Positions 46,102 through 59,800 of a DNA stretch of 64,000 nt are shown piece by piece. Each line of letters starts with the position of its first letter. The first letter of the stretch is position 1. A program made the position numbers and the translations under genes. This DNA comes from Marsupella aquatica (lineage: Eukaryota; Plantae; Marchantiophyta): assembly GCA_973895155.1 (NCBI GenBank), contig OZ316898.1:250751-314750 (forward strand), given 5' to 3'. The notes beneath the pieces were generated by a model that was given only the letters and a program-made list of their open reading frames with translations, was not told where the DNA came from and made no database searches.

Positions 46102-49100
46102 ATGCCCGTCACTCGTTCTCAAGCAGCTTACTTGAGGAGATTGACCAGCGAACGAGAAAGTGCAACCACGACAAGTTCTGATTCTTCGGACTCGGAAGAC
46201 TCGCACTCGCCCTGACATATGAACATACCCCCGGGACCTTCGGGGTCCGGTTCCACCGGTCCTCCTGCGGTTCCACCGCCACCACCACCACCACCTATGG
46301 CAGCCGCTCCACCGATGGCCCGCGCTGCTCAAGCTCCTCCACAAATATCGCAACGATCGCGATTTCATTATCGACCTTTCAAGGGGCGTCATGGGGATGA
46401 TCCGGATGAATGGTTGGATGAGTTTGAAGCCACTGCTAAAGCTCGGGGGTTTCACTTCCACAAAAATGGCATATCACGTGCGACGAAGGATAGGGTCATT
46501 TTATTGGTTATAAGGGAAGACTTAAGAATTTTTGTAGAAGAACAATAGGGTCTTTTAAATTCAATTTTGAGACTTATAAGAATATTAGGGCCTTTTTAAT
46601 CCAATTTTTGGAATATTCCAAGAATATTCCAACTTTATAGGGGTTAAAAAATAATATTTTTTTCTTACATTTTAGGGGGTCCAAGGCCTAAAAACGTCGC
46701 AGGTGATGGGGAGGTCCCCATGTAGTGAGACCCCCGAGTGCTAAAGCTAATGGGGAAGACGCCATTAAGCTAACCGTCCTCCCGGGAGTGATGCGGGGAG
46801 AAGCTCGTCCATGGTACAACTCGTTGCCACCCGGGACTACATGGGCACAATTCCAAGCTGCATTGCTGCAGGAGTTTCGTGCCATTGGATCGGAACAGCG
46901 TTCTCTATTAAAGATTGGCCAGCTTCGCATGGGAAAGAAGGAGTCCCTGCGGAAGTTCATTCAGAAGTTTAAGAAACTTGCGGCCAAGATCCGGCCCAGG
47001 CCGGGAGACGCGCTCCAGCTTACATGGTTCCTTCATGGTTGGCCCACGAATATGCAATTATGGGTACGCCAGAATAATCCAATTTCAATGCAGGCGGCCA
47101 TAGCGTGCGCTGAAACTTACCGGGAGTCCACCTATAACTCTCGGCGGAGCCAGCGAGCACGCCGCAAGAAGGGTAAGTACGAGACCTTCAGTGACAGTGA
47201 CTCCGAATCGGATGACGAGAGGAAGAAGAAACGCAAGAAGAAAAATAAACATCGTTCGACCTCGTCCAGCTCGGAGACGGAATCCAGTTCGGATTCAGCT
47301 TCAAGCACCGGATCCTCTACCTCCAGTTCATCAGGAAGTGACTCGGAGAGCGAAAGCCGGAGCAAAAAGAAGAAGAGACGAGTGAAGAAGGAGGGGAAGA
47401 TCAAACCCCGGGCGCGAAGAACGATACCAGATCCAAAGGCTGCCGAAGCAGACAAGCTGAATGAAATCACGGATCGACTCAAAGCACTGTCAGTACATCT
47501 TGCGGAAAAGCCGGTGGAGAAGAAGAAGCCATCTGAGATTCGAGCCCATGCGTGGTGTTCAAAGTGCTTCCAATCCGGCCATGTGGTGCAGGAATGTCCA
47601 AGGTGGAAGAATTGAGTTCACCAAGTAGAGCTGGATGATGTTGACAACCCGGGTCCCGAATCGGAGTCCACAGAGTATTTTTTTGAGGACCCTCCTGATT
47701 CCGTGTACCAGAACGGAAGGAAGAGAAGACGGAGGAGAAACAAAGGAAAAAGCAAGATACTACTCCGGTGCAGTCAGCGATAGATATACCCCCGGAGAAG
47801 GATGATGACTACCGACGGGACGACCCAAAGCTATTTTTCCCCCGCATCGAAGAATTGGTAAAGAAACAGCTGGAGGCCTACGAAGCTCGGGAATACTAGA
47901 AGGCAATCGATAAGGACATCAAAGCAGCCAAGACCGCCCGGCACCAGGAGCAAGAGGAGCAAGAAAAGCAAGAGGAAGCCAAGCTGCAGCCGAAAGAGGA
48001 TAAAAAGGAGAACTATGATATTAAGGAAGACGTGAAGAGTTGCCCGGTTACAGCGACGGTGGGGCAACTGCTGCAGAACAACCCACAGTACAGACGGCAA
48101 CTAAGGGAGTTGCTCATGGGTCGCCGAAGGAGGAGACTACCCCGAGTTGGGATTGCGGACTGCAACATGATATGCGAGGACCTTGGAGCGTCGGACATCT
48201 CGATCGAAATTAATAATTGTACCATCAAGATGGTTCTTGTAGATGGAGGAGCGGGAGTCAACATCATGACTGAAGAAACGTCAGTCAAGTTAGGATACCT
48301 CACGTATCAACCCACAGCCCGAGCTATCAGATTAGCAAACGGGGCAAGGGTCCTCCCATTAGGCACGCTCACACGAGTGCTCACTCTGGTGGGAGGGGTG
48401 GAGTTCTATCTCAACTTCCTAGTTATGAGGCCGGTTCATCCCTCCTCTTACCCGGTTCTTCTGGGCAGGCCGTGGCTGTACGGTGGCCACGTAGTCACGG
48501 ATTGGGGAAAGAAGGAGCTACGGTTCGGGGAACCCACCGTACGGGTATCATGGGCAATGGACGATTATCAAGGAGAAACCCCACAAGGACCCGAGGAATA
48601 TGATTCGGAGACCTCGGAGGAAGAGGAACTCAATATGATTGAACTCATCTCGTCCCTGTCCGAGGAAGATGTCTTCAGAGTTGAAGCAACCCGCGAAACA
48701 CATCTCCTAAATTACCCGAGGGCTGCCATTGAGTCCACCCCAAGCACATCTACTGCCGGGGATGAGGAAACGCACGAACAACTCGTCGAGACGGAGGACA
48801 CGGCTCCAGCTAAGCAGGGAGCCGAGGCTGCTTCTACCGTTGCAGAGCCTCGTGACCACGAACCAGCCCAACAACCGCCCGAGGCCGAAAACTCGAGACC
48901 GAGACATAAGAAACGAGTCTCATGGGATCCGTCCATTCCGCAATTGGAGGAAGTAACTCCAATCCCGAGACCAATCCCGGTTCCACCCATGTACGGAGGA
49001 GTTCGGTTAGCCGAGCTTGATGCGAGCCTGGACCCGAGCCTGCGAAACCAGGTTGAAGTCATCAGGAAGGAGCACTACCGGAAGTACACCATTGGGATGG

Positions 49101-49460
49101 ACAAATCTTTTAACCTGGGCCACGCTCTGACAGGGGAGGCTGAAAAATCCATCCAAGCTTTGCTCAAGGAATATGAAGATGTGTTTGCATGGAGTCATCA
49201 TGATTTAACAGGCGTCTCCCCCGAGTTGGGAGAACACACGATCGATCTGAACCTAGGAGCCCATGCGGTACGGCAGCGACAACGTCGCATGAACCCGAGG
49301 TACTCCATCTTAGTGAAGGAGGAAATTGATCGTCTCCTCGCCGCCGATATCATCTACCCGGTAATGGCCAGCGACTGGGTCTCTTCCATTGTCATTGTAC
49401 CAAAGAAGGGAGGTACGGATGGAAAACCTAAGATTCGTATTTGTCAGGACTACCGTAAGG
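46102..49460 (+). pseudogene. gag-PR-RT(partial) of element E, disrupted by stops, a MITE and deletions
   Basis: MPVTRS start; FKGRHGDDPDEWL; CSKCFQSGHVVQEC; VDGGAGVN; LLGRPWL; ends at CQDYRK. Confidence 0.9.
46442..46738. mobile_element. MITE, 297 bp, 15-bp TIR, 8-bp TSD TGCTAAAG
   Basis: CTCGGGGGTTTCACT...AGTGAGACCCCCGAG; removing it restores gag ATAKANGED. Confidence 0.92.
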
Positions 49461-49549
49461 AAACACCTTAGTATAGTAACAAAAATAGGGAAATATAAAC
49501 AATTAAGGGTGACTATGGAACCCAAACCGAGGCCGAAAGTAAGGACGCC

Positions 49550-50124
49550 CCCTGGGCCCTCACTCTTTGTATATTATACAATCATACCTGTGAGTCTCCC
49601 CTACACAGGTACTCCTTCTTATTAATTTTTCTCCTATAGAGATTATCCTTGTTTTTTATAAAAACCAAAAATTTCATCTTATTAAAGTATCTTCAGTGTA
49701 TTACAAAAGGGAGTTTTGGGCAATAATAATTATCCTTCATATATTACAATTTTACTCCACACACCCGGTCCATCCCCCATTGCCCTCGGGATCATCCCCA
49801 ATCCTCCCTTCAAAACTTTTCTGGCTTAGCACAACTGCCAATATTAATATTTTAATCTATGAAGGAGATATGGATACTATAAGGATAATACACGTGTACC
49901 AATTATAATTTGACACATGTACCAATAATATGATGCCACGTGTTGTTACCTATTAATTTACCCTTCCGTAAAAGTAAGAAGGATGTCATTTCAAGGGATC
50001 TTGCAAAATTACAAAGTCATTTCGATATATATGCGGAGGTTGCGGAATTGTAAGCAAATTATAAAAATGACCCTTGAACGGTTCTCACATACTCCCCGTA
50101 TTAGAAAGGAGTGGGGGCCCAGGG
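49550..50124. mobile_element. MITE, about 575 bp, AT-rich, TIR CCCTGGGCCCYCACTC, TSD AGGACGC(C/T)
   Basis: Empty site visible in copy D (GTAAGGACGCTGGGGG). Confidence 0.88.
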
Positions 50125-52598
50125 AGGACGCTGGGGGAAACACGATTAGGGTTAGGGCACGCTAAGTACCAGCGGCTACCAACGGGAAAGAAGACCCGCC
50201 AAAGGGGGGGTAAGGACCGAGCGCAAGGACTGGCGGCTCATTTGCAAACACAAGCCAAGTGGACGACTACGGGAGGCCAACTGCTGTCCGCTGCTCAGGC
50301 AAGCACTCGGGGTGGAAGCAGATACTGACAATCAACTCAAGAAGGGTATGAGCAACGTCAATCAAGCTGCTCATTTTTGGGGATGCCTGTTAGAACGGGC
50401 AACTAAGTACATTGGGACCTACAAGGACAAAGAATCAGAGAGAGCGGCTCGAGAATGGCAGGAGCTCGCTCGGCTGTGGGAGCTGCAAAAGTCTGCTTTT
50501 TAGGAGGAAAATTCATTACGGCTGAATTCTTGTGGATGCCTACTGCCGACAAACTCGACGATCTTTTGTTTTGTGAGAACAAGATAGTCGGCATCCGGGA
50601 GGCCATCAACCGCTGCAACGACATACACTGGGAGTTGAAGGGTAGCACGGAGGGGTGGACGAAGGCAACCGTGCTAGGAGAAACATCCATGGCAGCCGCT
50701 ATGAAGAGGAAAGGGAACAACAACGAAGAAGCCACCCCTGCGAAAAGAATGAGGTCGGTGGCACCCAGGAAACCAGCAGAGTAGGGAAGCAGGAGGCAGG
50801 CGGAAGCCGAAGAGGAGGAGGTTGACCCTGTCAATGCCGTTCCAACAAGAGATGACACCTGGAAAGGCTGGACGGCGACCCTCCCTGAGGAGGTGCAATT
50901 ACACTTTGCGCGGGAAGAGGATGCATGCTTTACGGCTATGCAAACTCGGAAATACCAGGGCTTCATGGCCGGATCTGGCTTGTCCAGAAGCATTCGTAAA
51001 GTTACCATGGCTGAAGCCGGAGGTGCCAGATTTAGACTTACTGGAATTCGTGGGATCATGGGAGCCCGAGACCAATTCCACAAGGGTGTATGGGAAGGAT
51101 TTCTATCTCACTCCCCGGGTGATTGCTGAAGTGTTTGGCTTGCCGATGGGCAATAAGACCAAAGTAGATACCAGGAAGACCTTGCCAGACAAGGAGTTCT
51201 GGTCGTTTCCAGGGCCATCAACAAAGAATGGCTTCTTCCAAAACACCTGCACAAACCCGCACATAAGAGAAATGATTCATTTCTTGCGGGTGACCATGCA
51301 TTGTAACTTGCCAAGGGCAGAGATCGGCAAGGCACAGGTCTATCTGGCGGAGAGGCCAGACCCAAGCCGAGACTACAACGGGTACCTCCTCAACCAACTA
51401 AAGAAGATCTTGAAGGAGGAACGACTGGTGATCGGCATGGGAAGCATGTCCCGGCTTGGTTATCACATGCCGCTGTTGTGCCGGTATGCCCGAAGTCAGA
51501 TATTCACCCCGGTATTGCCCCTGCAGGCAAGAGCACCAGAGGAGGTTCCGGAACCGAGGCCGGCAATAGAGAAACCGACCCAGCCTGATAGTCCTACAAT
51601 GGAGCAGGTGTTTAGACCGAGGAAGGAGGACTTGCCGATGCAACAACCAGGCATGCAGAATCTGCTGAAATTGCTGGAGAAGGAAAGGAGAACGGCAACG
51701 GCAACGGGACCAGTACAGAATACTGCTCCCGAAGTCGGCCTTAGCCAACTTACCAGGGAAAACCCCTTTACCGGGGCCAAGGAGAGAAGGAGGCCAAAAC
51801 ACGAGCCGGGAGTTTGAATGTATGTAGGAGCTTCAAGTCCCGAAGCCGAGGAAAAGCAGCCCAAAGCCCCTGGTCACGACAGGGAGAAGATGAGATCAAC
51901 GTGGAAGCCGGAGGAACCAGGACCCGTGATCTGTGGGGTTGTGTTCACAGCAGGACCAGGACAGCAGAGGGGGGAGCCGATAGTCCAAGCCGAGGAGGAG
52001 ACGGTAGAAGGCTCCGACAATGATGACTCTGGCTACGGGTCAGACCATCATGTTCCAGGAATAAGGACCTGTGGCAGGTTCATCCCCACTCTTCCAAGAG
52101 TAGTTCGAGGGGACCTGAGCCAACAGAGCAGCCCGGAGTCTCCCCCACCAGATGTCGCTCCCCCGAGCTTTGACGCCATAAAACAGACGGCACAAGAGTT
52201 TCAGGAACGACTCAGGGTGGAAGAAGAGGCAGCCCTGGCTAGGGAGAAGGATTTACCAGGAGGAGAATGGCCAGAGGACATCCGGCGGCTTGCAGAAAAA
52301 CGAAGCAGCCCGCCAGCCACGATAGAAGAAATTTGCAAGGCTGCTTGGGAACAAAGGCCGCGGTGGATGATGCCGATGACTTCTGCTCACTCCGCCTATG
52401 CTAAAGAACGAGCCATGGAGTACAGGGAGATGTGTGGGGAACTTGCGCTCGGCATCTTTGGGGAGGAGTTGGAGCAGGGACCTTTTTTCTAGAGGGAAAT
52501 GTTGGAGAAGCACCGATTAGAAGAAGCGGTGGCTTTGGAAAGAAGCAAGAAGGACGAGGTCATCCGTCGGCTTAGGGCAAGGGAAGCCGAGGTAGAAG

Positions 52599-52749
52599 TG
52601 TGGACCGGCTCAATATAGGGTATGTAAGGAACTTGTCAATTTTTTTGTTGTTTGTACAAGGAATAGTAAGAAAATTGTTGTAGTGTTAGCAAAGTATAAT
52701 GAGAGTCCCCATAATTGGTGTCATGAGGAGAGAGTACTCTCATTATACT
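52599..52749 (+). repeat. Truncated F-family LTR start inserted in copy C, with an adjacent deletion
   Basis: TGTGGACCGGCTCAATATAGGGTATGTAAGGAACTTGTCA resembles 22689 onward; host sequence resumes about 230 nt further along relative to copy D. Confidence 0.75.
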
Positions 52750-53901
52750 CAGAGAAGGGAAAGGGCGCTGAAGGGGGAACTCGAGGATATCCGCGGAGCC
52801 CTTGAGTAGAAGGAGGCCGAGTTAGGGAAATCCTATCAGGCAATTATCGAGCTGCGGCAGGAGCTCACATCCATGATGGCCAGCTTCAAGGCTGACCTCT
52901 ACGAGAAAGACGACCAGCTTGACCAGACTTATGCCAAGATGAATAAAATGGAGTCTGAGGTCGTTACGGAGCTCGACAAGGAGCTGAGAGCAACCCAGGA
53001 GGAGAGGGCTACCTTAAAGAAGGAATTGGAGGAAGCCCAGAAGGAGCGGGAGGAGGCGCGCAAGGACCTAGATGAATTGCAAGAGGAGTTGGAAGAAAGC
53101 ACGCGGAAGATGGAGAACTTACAACGGCGAGCCGACAACCAAATGGAGCGGCTGAAGAAACAGGCCGCAGTATTTAAGTGCTTGGCTTCCTCAGGTCCAA
53201 CTCCAATTGGGGCAACCAAGTTACCAGGAGTAGTACTGGCCGAAGGACAAGCCGAGACACTCGCACCGGTACCGGAAGTAAGTGGCAAGGGGAAGGGGCC
53301 AGCTGCCGAACCAAAGAAGAAGAAGAAGCGGAAACCTTTTGGGTCAGGGAGTAATATGGCTCCTCAAGCCGTCGTGACCAAGGAGGTAAACCCAACACCA
53401 ACCTCAGGCAGGGTCACGGCAGAGGATCCAACTGCCCTAGAAGGCGGGGATGATGAAGCCGGGGCCAGGATACTCGGTGATGAAGCCGGGGTACCGGACC
53501 CACCACTAGAACATGTCGGGGAGGCCGTGGCCGATGTTGAGGCCGAAGCCGAGGGTGGACCCAGTCAGGCCGATGGAGAGTTGACTCGATCTGGAGCAGG
53601 TAATCTGTCAGAGGATGGACCTACGGTAGTGGCTGCGGAGGAAGAGTTGGGGGCGTCCATTAAGGACTAGACACTGCTGCCATGATGGTGGTGGAGGGCC
53701 GCTCCTTTTAAGGAGGGCGGACATGGAGGGAGGAGGCGTGAGTAGGCAGGGCGGGCTCAGATCTCCAAGTTTAGAATTAGGATCAGGACCAAGGGGCGGC
53801 CCTGACACTTAGCTTAGTGGGATTACGGATCCACTGGTAAGAGCAACACTTGTGCTCCTGCCTTGCTGTACATAGGTAGATTACAGTTAGGTAGATTAGG
53901 C

Positions 53902-55669
53902 TGTAATATAGTACATTAGTTAGAAATGATAGAAAAATTATAAATTTTGAACTTTTTCTAAGTCAAAGGTGCAGTATAGCTACCTTTTGTAACCATTTAG
54001 ATCGACTGGACACTTTATCTAATACCATGCTACACCAAAGACTACTTCCTGTTCTGGATCTTGAACGACAGCGGAAGTCCTTACCTTTCTATCGGCATCA
54101 CACTCAGGATATGGATGCAATTCGAGAAGCTATTCAGACCAACACCTACACCAGAGCTCAGCAACCAGATTCCATGGCGCTACTCCAACAAGATTAGCTC
54201 TACTACGACCATAGTTAAGTCATATAGATTTACGCAATTTTAGTTAAATAGGTAAAGTAGTCAGAAAAGTCTCATACTTTTCCAGGAGATAGTCCTTACG
54301 TAGTAGAACCTACCCTGAAAATCTCAACTCAAACCTACCTTTGGCTTGAAAGTTAAAAATATTTTAGTTTTGTTGTTTTCTACTTAGACGCGAAAGCGCT
54401 AATGCGCTTATGCGCCTATGAACTTATGCGCGCATGCGCCCAGCACTTAGAAAATTTTCCGGTTTTCGTTTTCTGTAACATTTTTAACACTTTTACCTAT
54501 TTTATTGAGACACTTAGGCACCTCAAAAAAGTCTCATATTTTGTCAGCATGAAGAATATACATCAGAGACCACTTCAGCAAAGTCTCACCTTTTTATGAC
54601 TTTTAGTTTAGAAATTAAAATTTGGATAAAACCCCTATTCATTAGTTTTACCCCAAATTCCCTTTTACAATAGTTAACACCTGAAATGTCTTTTAGTTAG
54701 CTTTTCATTCCAGGAACATTTCACTGAACCTTGGGTACTTCTGTAGTATGATTTTATTATTTTACTTTTACCCTTGACCCTTGGGATTAGAAAGGGCATG
54801 TCCTTTCATTATCTTATTTCCCTTTGGTTCCTCCTACCCTACAAGTAGTTGAATTTCTGTCACTTTTAGTGTGAAGAAATTTCATGAGCGCTCAGTTGCA
54901 AGTCTGCAACTTTGTTACCTCCATTTGTAGCAAGCACTCTATGTTGTTGATGAGTACTTAATACAAAGGATTTCTTCCCCTTCCTTGTATTTGAATGATT
55001 GAGATTTCAGACCAGAGAAGTAAAACTTTGTGATTGACGAATCTTTTGAATGTGAGGAGATAGATTCCTTAATTGGTGAAGGCTATACATTCTTGAGTTC
55101 TTGATGCATATATTTTTGGCATAACATTGCTTGTGCACGAGGTGCAAAGAATGTTATCACCCAATTACTTATGACTTTAAGTTGTTGATGATGGTGCTTG
55201 ATATTTGTGACACAAAGTATCGATTGGATGCTGAAGTGATTGGTTGTTAATCTTAACTTAGTACCTCGGAAGGAAAGGTTCGGATGTGTAGACGGCACCC
55301 TAACAACCATCCCAGTAAAGTATTTCATTCCAGAAATGTTCTTACAAGTTCAATACCTTAAATCATCTCAAATGAAGTTATGTTGAGGAGTCACCTTGGT
55401 TGTTTCCTAACTCCCTCACCATACCTCAAGATTTTCATTGTGTTTTGTTAATTTTTTCCATTTGTTAATTTTATTTACAATGTTAAGTAGACATTCAAAT
55501 CTATACCTTGCTGAGCAACCATAGTAAAAGGCTCACCTTTGTGTTTTTGTTACTTAAGTCATTCAAAAGTGCTAAATCATAGAAAATCATTCCTTACATG
55601 TCTTCCATGGGAACGAATACCGAGTTTTGGATCTTAGATGTTTATTTATGTCCCTAGTGTGATACTACA
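53902..55669. mobile_element. Solo LTR, 1768 bp, non-coding, TSD TAGGC
   Basis: TGTAATA...TACTACA termini; TAGGC on both sides; empty site in copy D. Confidence 0.92.
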
Positions 55670-56886
55670 TAGGCTTACACTGCAAGGAATTAGGCGGATC
55701 CACTACTAGGATAAGTACCTAGGCAACGGGGAGTTCAGGGCCTTCTTCCTTAGCAAGTTTTTAGTGCACCAGCAGGGCTGGGATCAAGTAGTTAAAGAAG
55801 CTCTCGGTTAGTTATGTTGTGACCCTTGTGTATATTCATGTTTCCTCATACCTAAGAGATGAATAGAGTTGGCCTCACGGCTTAGTTCGCAGATCTTGTG
55901 TATGAGAAGTACTGTTTGTATGGCAAGTGCATGGTATAACTCAGTCAGAAGGAGTCATTTTGCTATTTGTGTGTCGCATTAACTTGTTTGAAGATTTCCC
56001 ACATCGACCAAGAAGGGAGTAAGCAAGGTAGTAAGAGTTGGATGTGTCAAGCTGAGAGAGGTCTTAGCGGCTTACCCAAGCCAGTTGGGGATCATTCCGG
56101 TGGCGGAATCCAAACATACCTAAAGGAAAACCGAGAGAGGAGGACAAGGGAAGGCCTAGAATAGGTCGGCTACGTATCTCATGACCCGATGAAGGATCTG
56201 TCCAGTATATATGAGTAAAATGTTAATAGTAAAAGTAGTAGAAGGAAGTTAGCAGCGTCCCATGCCGCTAAGCCGCGAAATCGGCCTTGCCAAGAGCGAA
56301 ACCTGCGGGAATCGGCTTGTGCAGAGGGGTTTCTTGGGTTTAGGGAGCCATGGGACGCACCACACCAATCTCCTCTATGGTCCAAGCCCTTGAAATGACC
56401 AGGCATCCGGTGGGGACTAAGTATGGGGAGACTAATGGGCAACAAGGCGCTAAGCTGGTGATGCACACTAAGGACTTAGACTAGTTTGGGACTTGTCGGA
56501 TCATGGGAAGGGTCAGGCTCAAGGTGGACCGTCCGGACTTTGAATTCTGAGGGCTTGAGTGAGAGATCCTCTTAGGCCCAAGACTAACAAAGTTTACTTC
56601 ATGCGCAACGGATGTTTGGCGCATGAGATACTACGTGATCTAGGTGTGGCCGCCCGGGACCCCCAAGGGACGACGAGTTCCGAGGGCCTGGGCATGAGCA
56701 TTGGGTCGGTCCGATCACAAGAGGCTAAGGCACTCCGCCTACGGATGTCTAACTAGAAAGTTGTGAGCATAACAAGCTAGTTGCATGCCCATGTGTGTAG
56801 GTTGGAATCCAGGTGGGGGGCCAAAATATGGGGACCAAATAGGTTCACGGCTGGCAGGTCTACAAAAGCATATATGAGGGGACAAG

Positions 56887-59800
56887 TGTGATGCCTAGCC
56901 AAGAATCACTCGGCCAGTTAAGTGGGTAAAGCAGGAGTGCACCCTAGAAACACCTTAGTATAGGGACAAAACAAGGAAAATATAAACAATTAGGGGCGAC
57001 TATGGAACCCGGGCCGAGGCCGGAGGTAAGGACGCTGGGGGTGAAAACAAGATTAGGGTTAGGGCGCGCTAAGCATCGGCGGCTAGGAAGGATCAACGGA
57101 AGAAAGGACCGGAAGAGGAGAGGGGTAAGGTGCGCTTGCAGGAGATGGTGGCTCATTTGCGAGCACGAACTAGGCAGACGACTACGGGAGGCCAACTACT
57201 ATTAGGTGCTTAGGCAAGCACTCGGGGAGAGAGTAGATACCGACGATCGACCTAAGGAGGGTATGAGCAACGTCAATCAAGCGGCACATTTCTGGGGATG
57301 CCTGTTCGAACGGGCAACTGAGTACATCAAGACTTACGAGGACGAAGAATCAGAAAGGGCAGCTTGAGAACGACAGGAGCTCGCTCGATTGTGGGAGCTG
57401 CAGAAGACGGCTTTCTTAGGAGGCGAACTCATCAAGGCCGAGTTCTTGTGGACTTCTACTTCCAATCAGCTCGACGATCTTCTATTTTGCGAAGACAGAA
57501 TCATCGGCATTCGAGAGGCCATCAAGAACTGCAACGACATACACTGGGAATTGAAGGGTAGCACGGAAAGGTGGACCCAGGCAACGGTGCTAGGAGAAAC
57601 CTCCACGGCAGCCGAGATGAAGAGGAAGGGAGCCGTCAACGATGAAGCCACCCCGGCAAAAAGAACGAGGTCGGCGGCACCAAAGAAGCCAGCCGAGCAG
57701 CAGAGCAGGAGGCAGGGAGAAGCCGAAGAGGAGGAGGTCGATCCCATCAATGCCATTCCAACCAGGGATGACACCTGGAAGGGCTGGGCGGCAACCCTAC
57801 CAGCGGAGGTGCAACTACATTTTGCACGGGAGGAGGATGCATGCTTTACGGCCATGCAGACCAAGAAGTACCAAGGCTTCATGGCCGGATCCGGCTTAGA
57901 GGCCTTTGTAAGATTACCATGGCTGAAGCCGAAGGTATCGGATTCAGACCTATTAGAATTCGTGGGGTCATGGGAACCCGAGACCAATTGCACGAGGATA
58001 TATGGGAAGGATTTCTATCTTACTCCCAAGGTGATTGCCGAAGTGTTTGGCTTGCCGATAGGCAATAAGACCAAAGTTGATACCAGGAAGACCTTGCCTG
58101 ACAAGGAGTTCCGGTCGTTCCCCGGGCCATCAACGAAGAATGGCTTCTTCCGGAACACCTGCACCAACCCGCACATAGGAGAGATGATCGACTTCTTGCG
58201 GGTGACCATGCATTGTAACTTGTCGAGGGCAGAGATCGGCAAGGCACAGGTCTATCTGGCAGAGAGGCCAGACCCAAGCCAGGACTACAATGGGTACCTC
58301 CTCAACCAATTGAAGAAGATCTTAAAGGAGGAGCAGCAGGTAATCGGCATGGGGAGCGTGTCGCGGCTTGGCTATCACATGCCGTTGTTGTGCCGGTATG
58401 CCAGAGGTCAGACCTTTGCCCCAGTACTTCCCCTGTAGGTAAGGGCATCCAAGGAAGCTCCAGCACCAAGGCCGGTAGCAGAGAAGCCTCAACCACCTTT
58501 TAGCCCTACGATTGAGCAGGTGTTTAGGCCAAGGAAGGAAGACTTGCCGATGCAGCAACCAAGCATACAGAATCTGCTGAAAATGCTGGAGAAGGAAAAG
58601 ACGGCACCGGCATCGGCACCGGCTTCGGCAGCAGCACCAATACAGGACACTGCCCCAGAGGTCAACCTAAGCAGAATCAGGCCAGAATCCAAGCCGGGTG
58701 TTTGAATGTACGTGGGAGTCTCAAGCTCTGAATCTGAGGCAGAATTGCCTGAAGCTCCTACCGACGAAGAGAGGGAGAAGCCGGAAGTCCAAGAAGTAGA
58801 GGAGGCAGTGGAGGACTGCAGCCATGATAACTCCGGCTATGGGTCGGACCATCACGTTCCAGGAGTAAGGACCTGTGGCCGGTTTATCCCCACACTTCCA
58901 AGGGTAGTACGAGGGGACCCCAACCAGCAGAGTAGCCCTGAGTCTCCCCCACCAGATGTTGCTCCCCCGAGCTTTGACGGCATAAAACAGACGGCGCAGG
59001 AATTTCAGGAGTGAATCAGGCAGGAAGAGGAGGCAGCCCTGGCTAGGGAAAAGGATTTGCCAGGAGGAGATTGGCCGGAGGACATCAGGCGGCTAGCCAA
59101 AAAAGGAAGCAAACCTCTAGCCACGATTGAAGAGATCCACAAGACGGTTTGGGAGTAGAGGCCGCGATGGGCGATGCCGATCACTTCTACTTATTCCACC
59201 TACGCTAAGAATAGAGCCATGGAGTATGGTGAGATGTGTGGGGAACTTGCGCTCGGCATCTTTGGGGAGGAGTTGGAGGTAGGACCCTTTTTCCATAGGG
59301 AGCAGTTGGAGAAGCACCAATTAGAAGAAGCGGTGGCTTTAGAGAGAAGCAAGAAGGACGAGGTCATCCGACGGCTTAGGAGGATGGAAGCCGAGATTGA
59401 AGATCTAAGGGCGGCCAAGAAAGCCCAAGATGAACTGCGGATTAAGCGGCATGAGCTGAACATCATGTAGGGGCAGTTGGACACAGTGCAGGCTGATAAT
59501 CAGATTATCAAGGATAAACTGACTCAGACCCAGGGAGAATTGGCCGACGCAATCAAGGACAGAGAGAAATGGAAGAAGGAGCTGAGAAACGCAGAGGAGG
59601 CCCATATAGCAGTCAACAACCGGGTCACGGCGGAGACTCAGAGAAGGGAGAGGGCACTGAAGGGAGAGCTCGAGAAAATCCGCGGAGCCCTTGAACAGAA
59701 GGAGGCCGAGTTAGGGAAATCCTATCAAGGGATTATTGCGCTACAGCAGGAGCTTGCGTCCCTGTCGGCCAGCTTCAAGGCCGACCTGCGGGAGAAGGAC

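Larger units (their letters stand above)
41973..49460 (+). mobile_element. Element E: decayed Ty3/gypsy element (4-kb 5' LTR, PBS, gag-PR-partial RT), 3'-truncated
   Basis: LTR termini, PBS at 45991, gag/pol similar to element B. Confidence 0.88.
49515..53685 (+). pseudogene. LTR-encoded accessory ORF (C copy), fragmented
   Basis: ORF pieces 50312, 50455, 50822, 51818 and 52873 are homologous to the B and D copies. Confidence 0.85.
49460..56364 (+). repeat. B-family coding LTR, copy C (lacks first ~60 nt; carries three insertions)
   Basis: Colinear with 56947-61312; ends GGGACGCACCACA. Confidence 0.9.

Noticed and set aside
41973-56364. One full-length element from 41973 to 56364
   Set aside because: The two LTRs belong to different families, the flanks differ (ACCTT vs CCAAT), and RT is joined abruptly to a 5'-clipped LTR at 49460, indicating a deletion chimera
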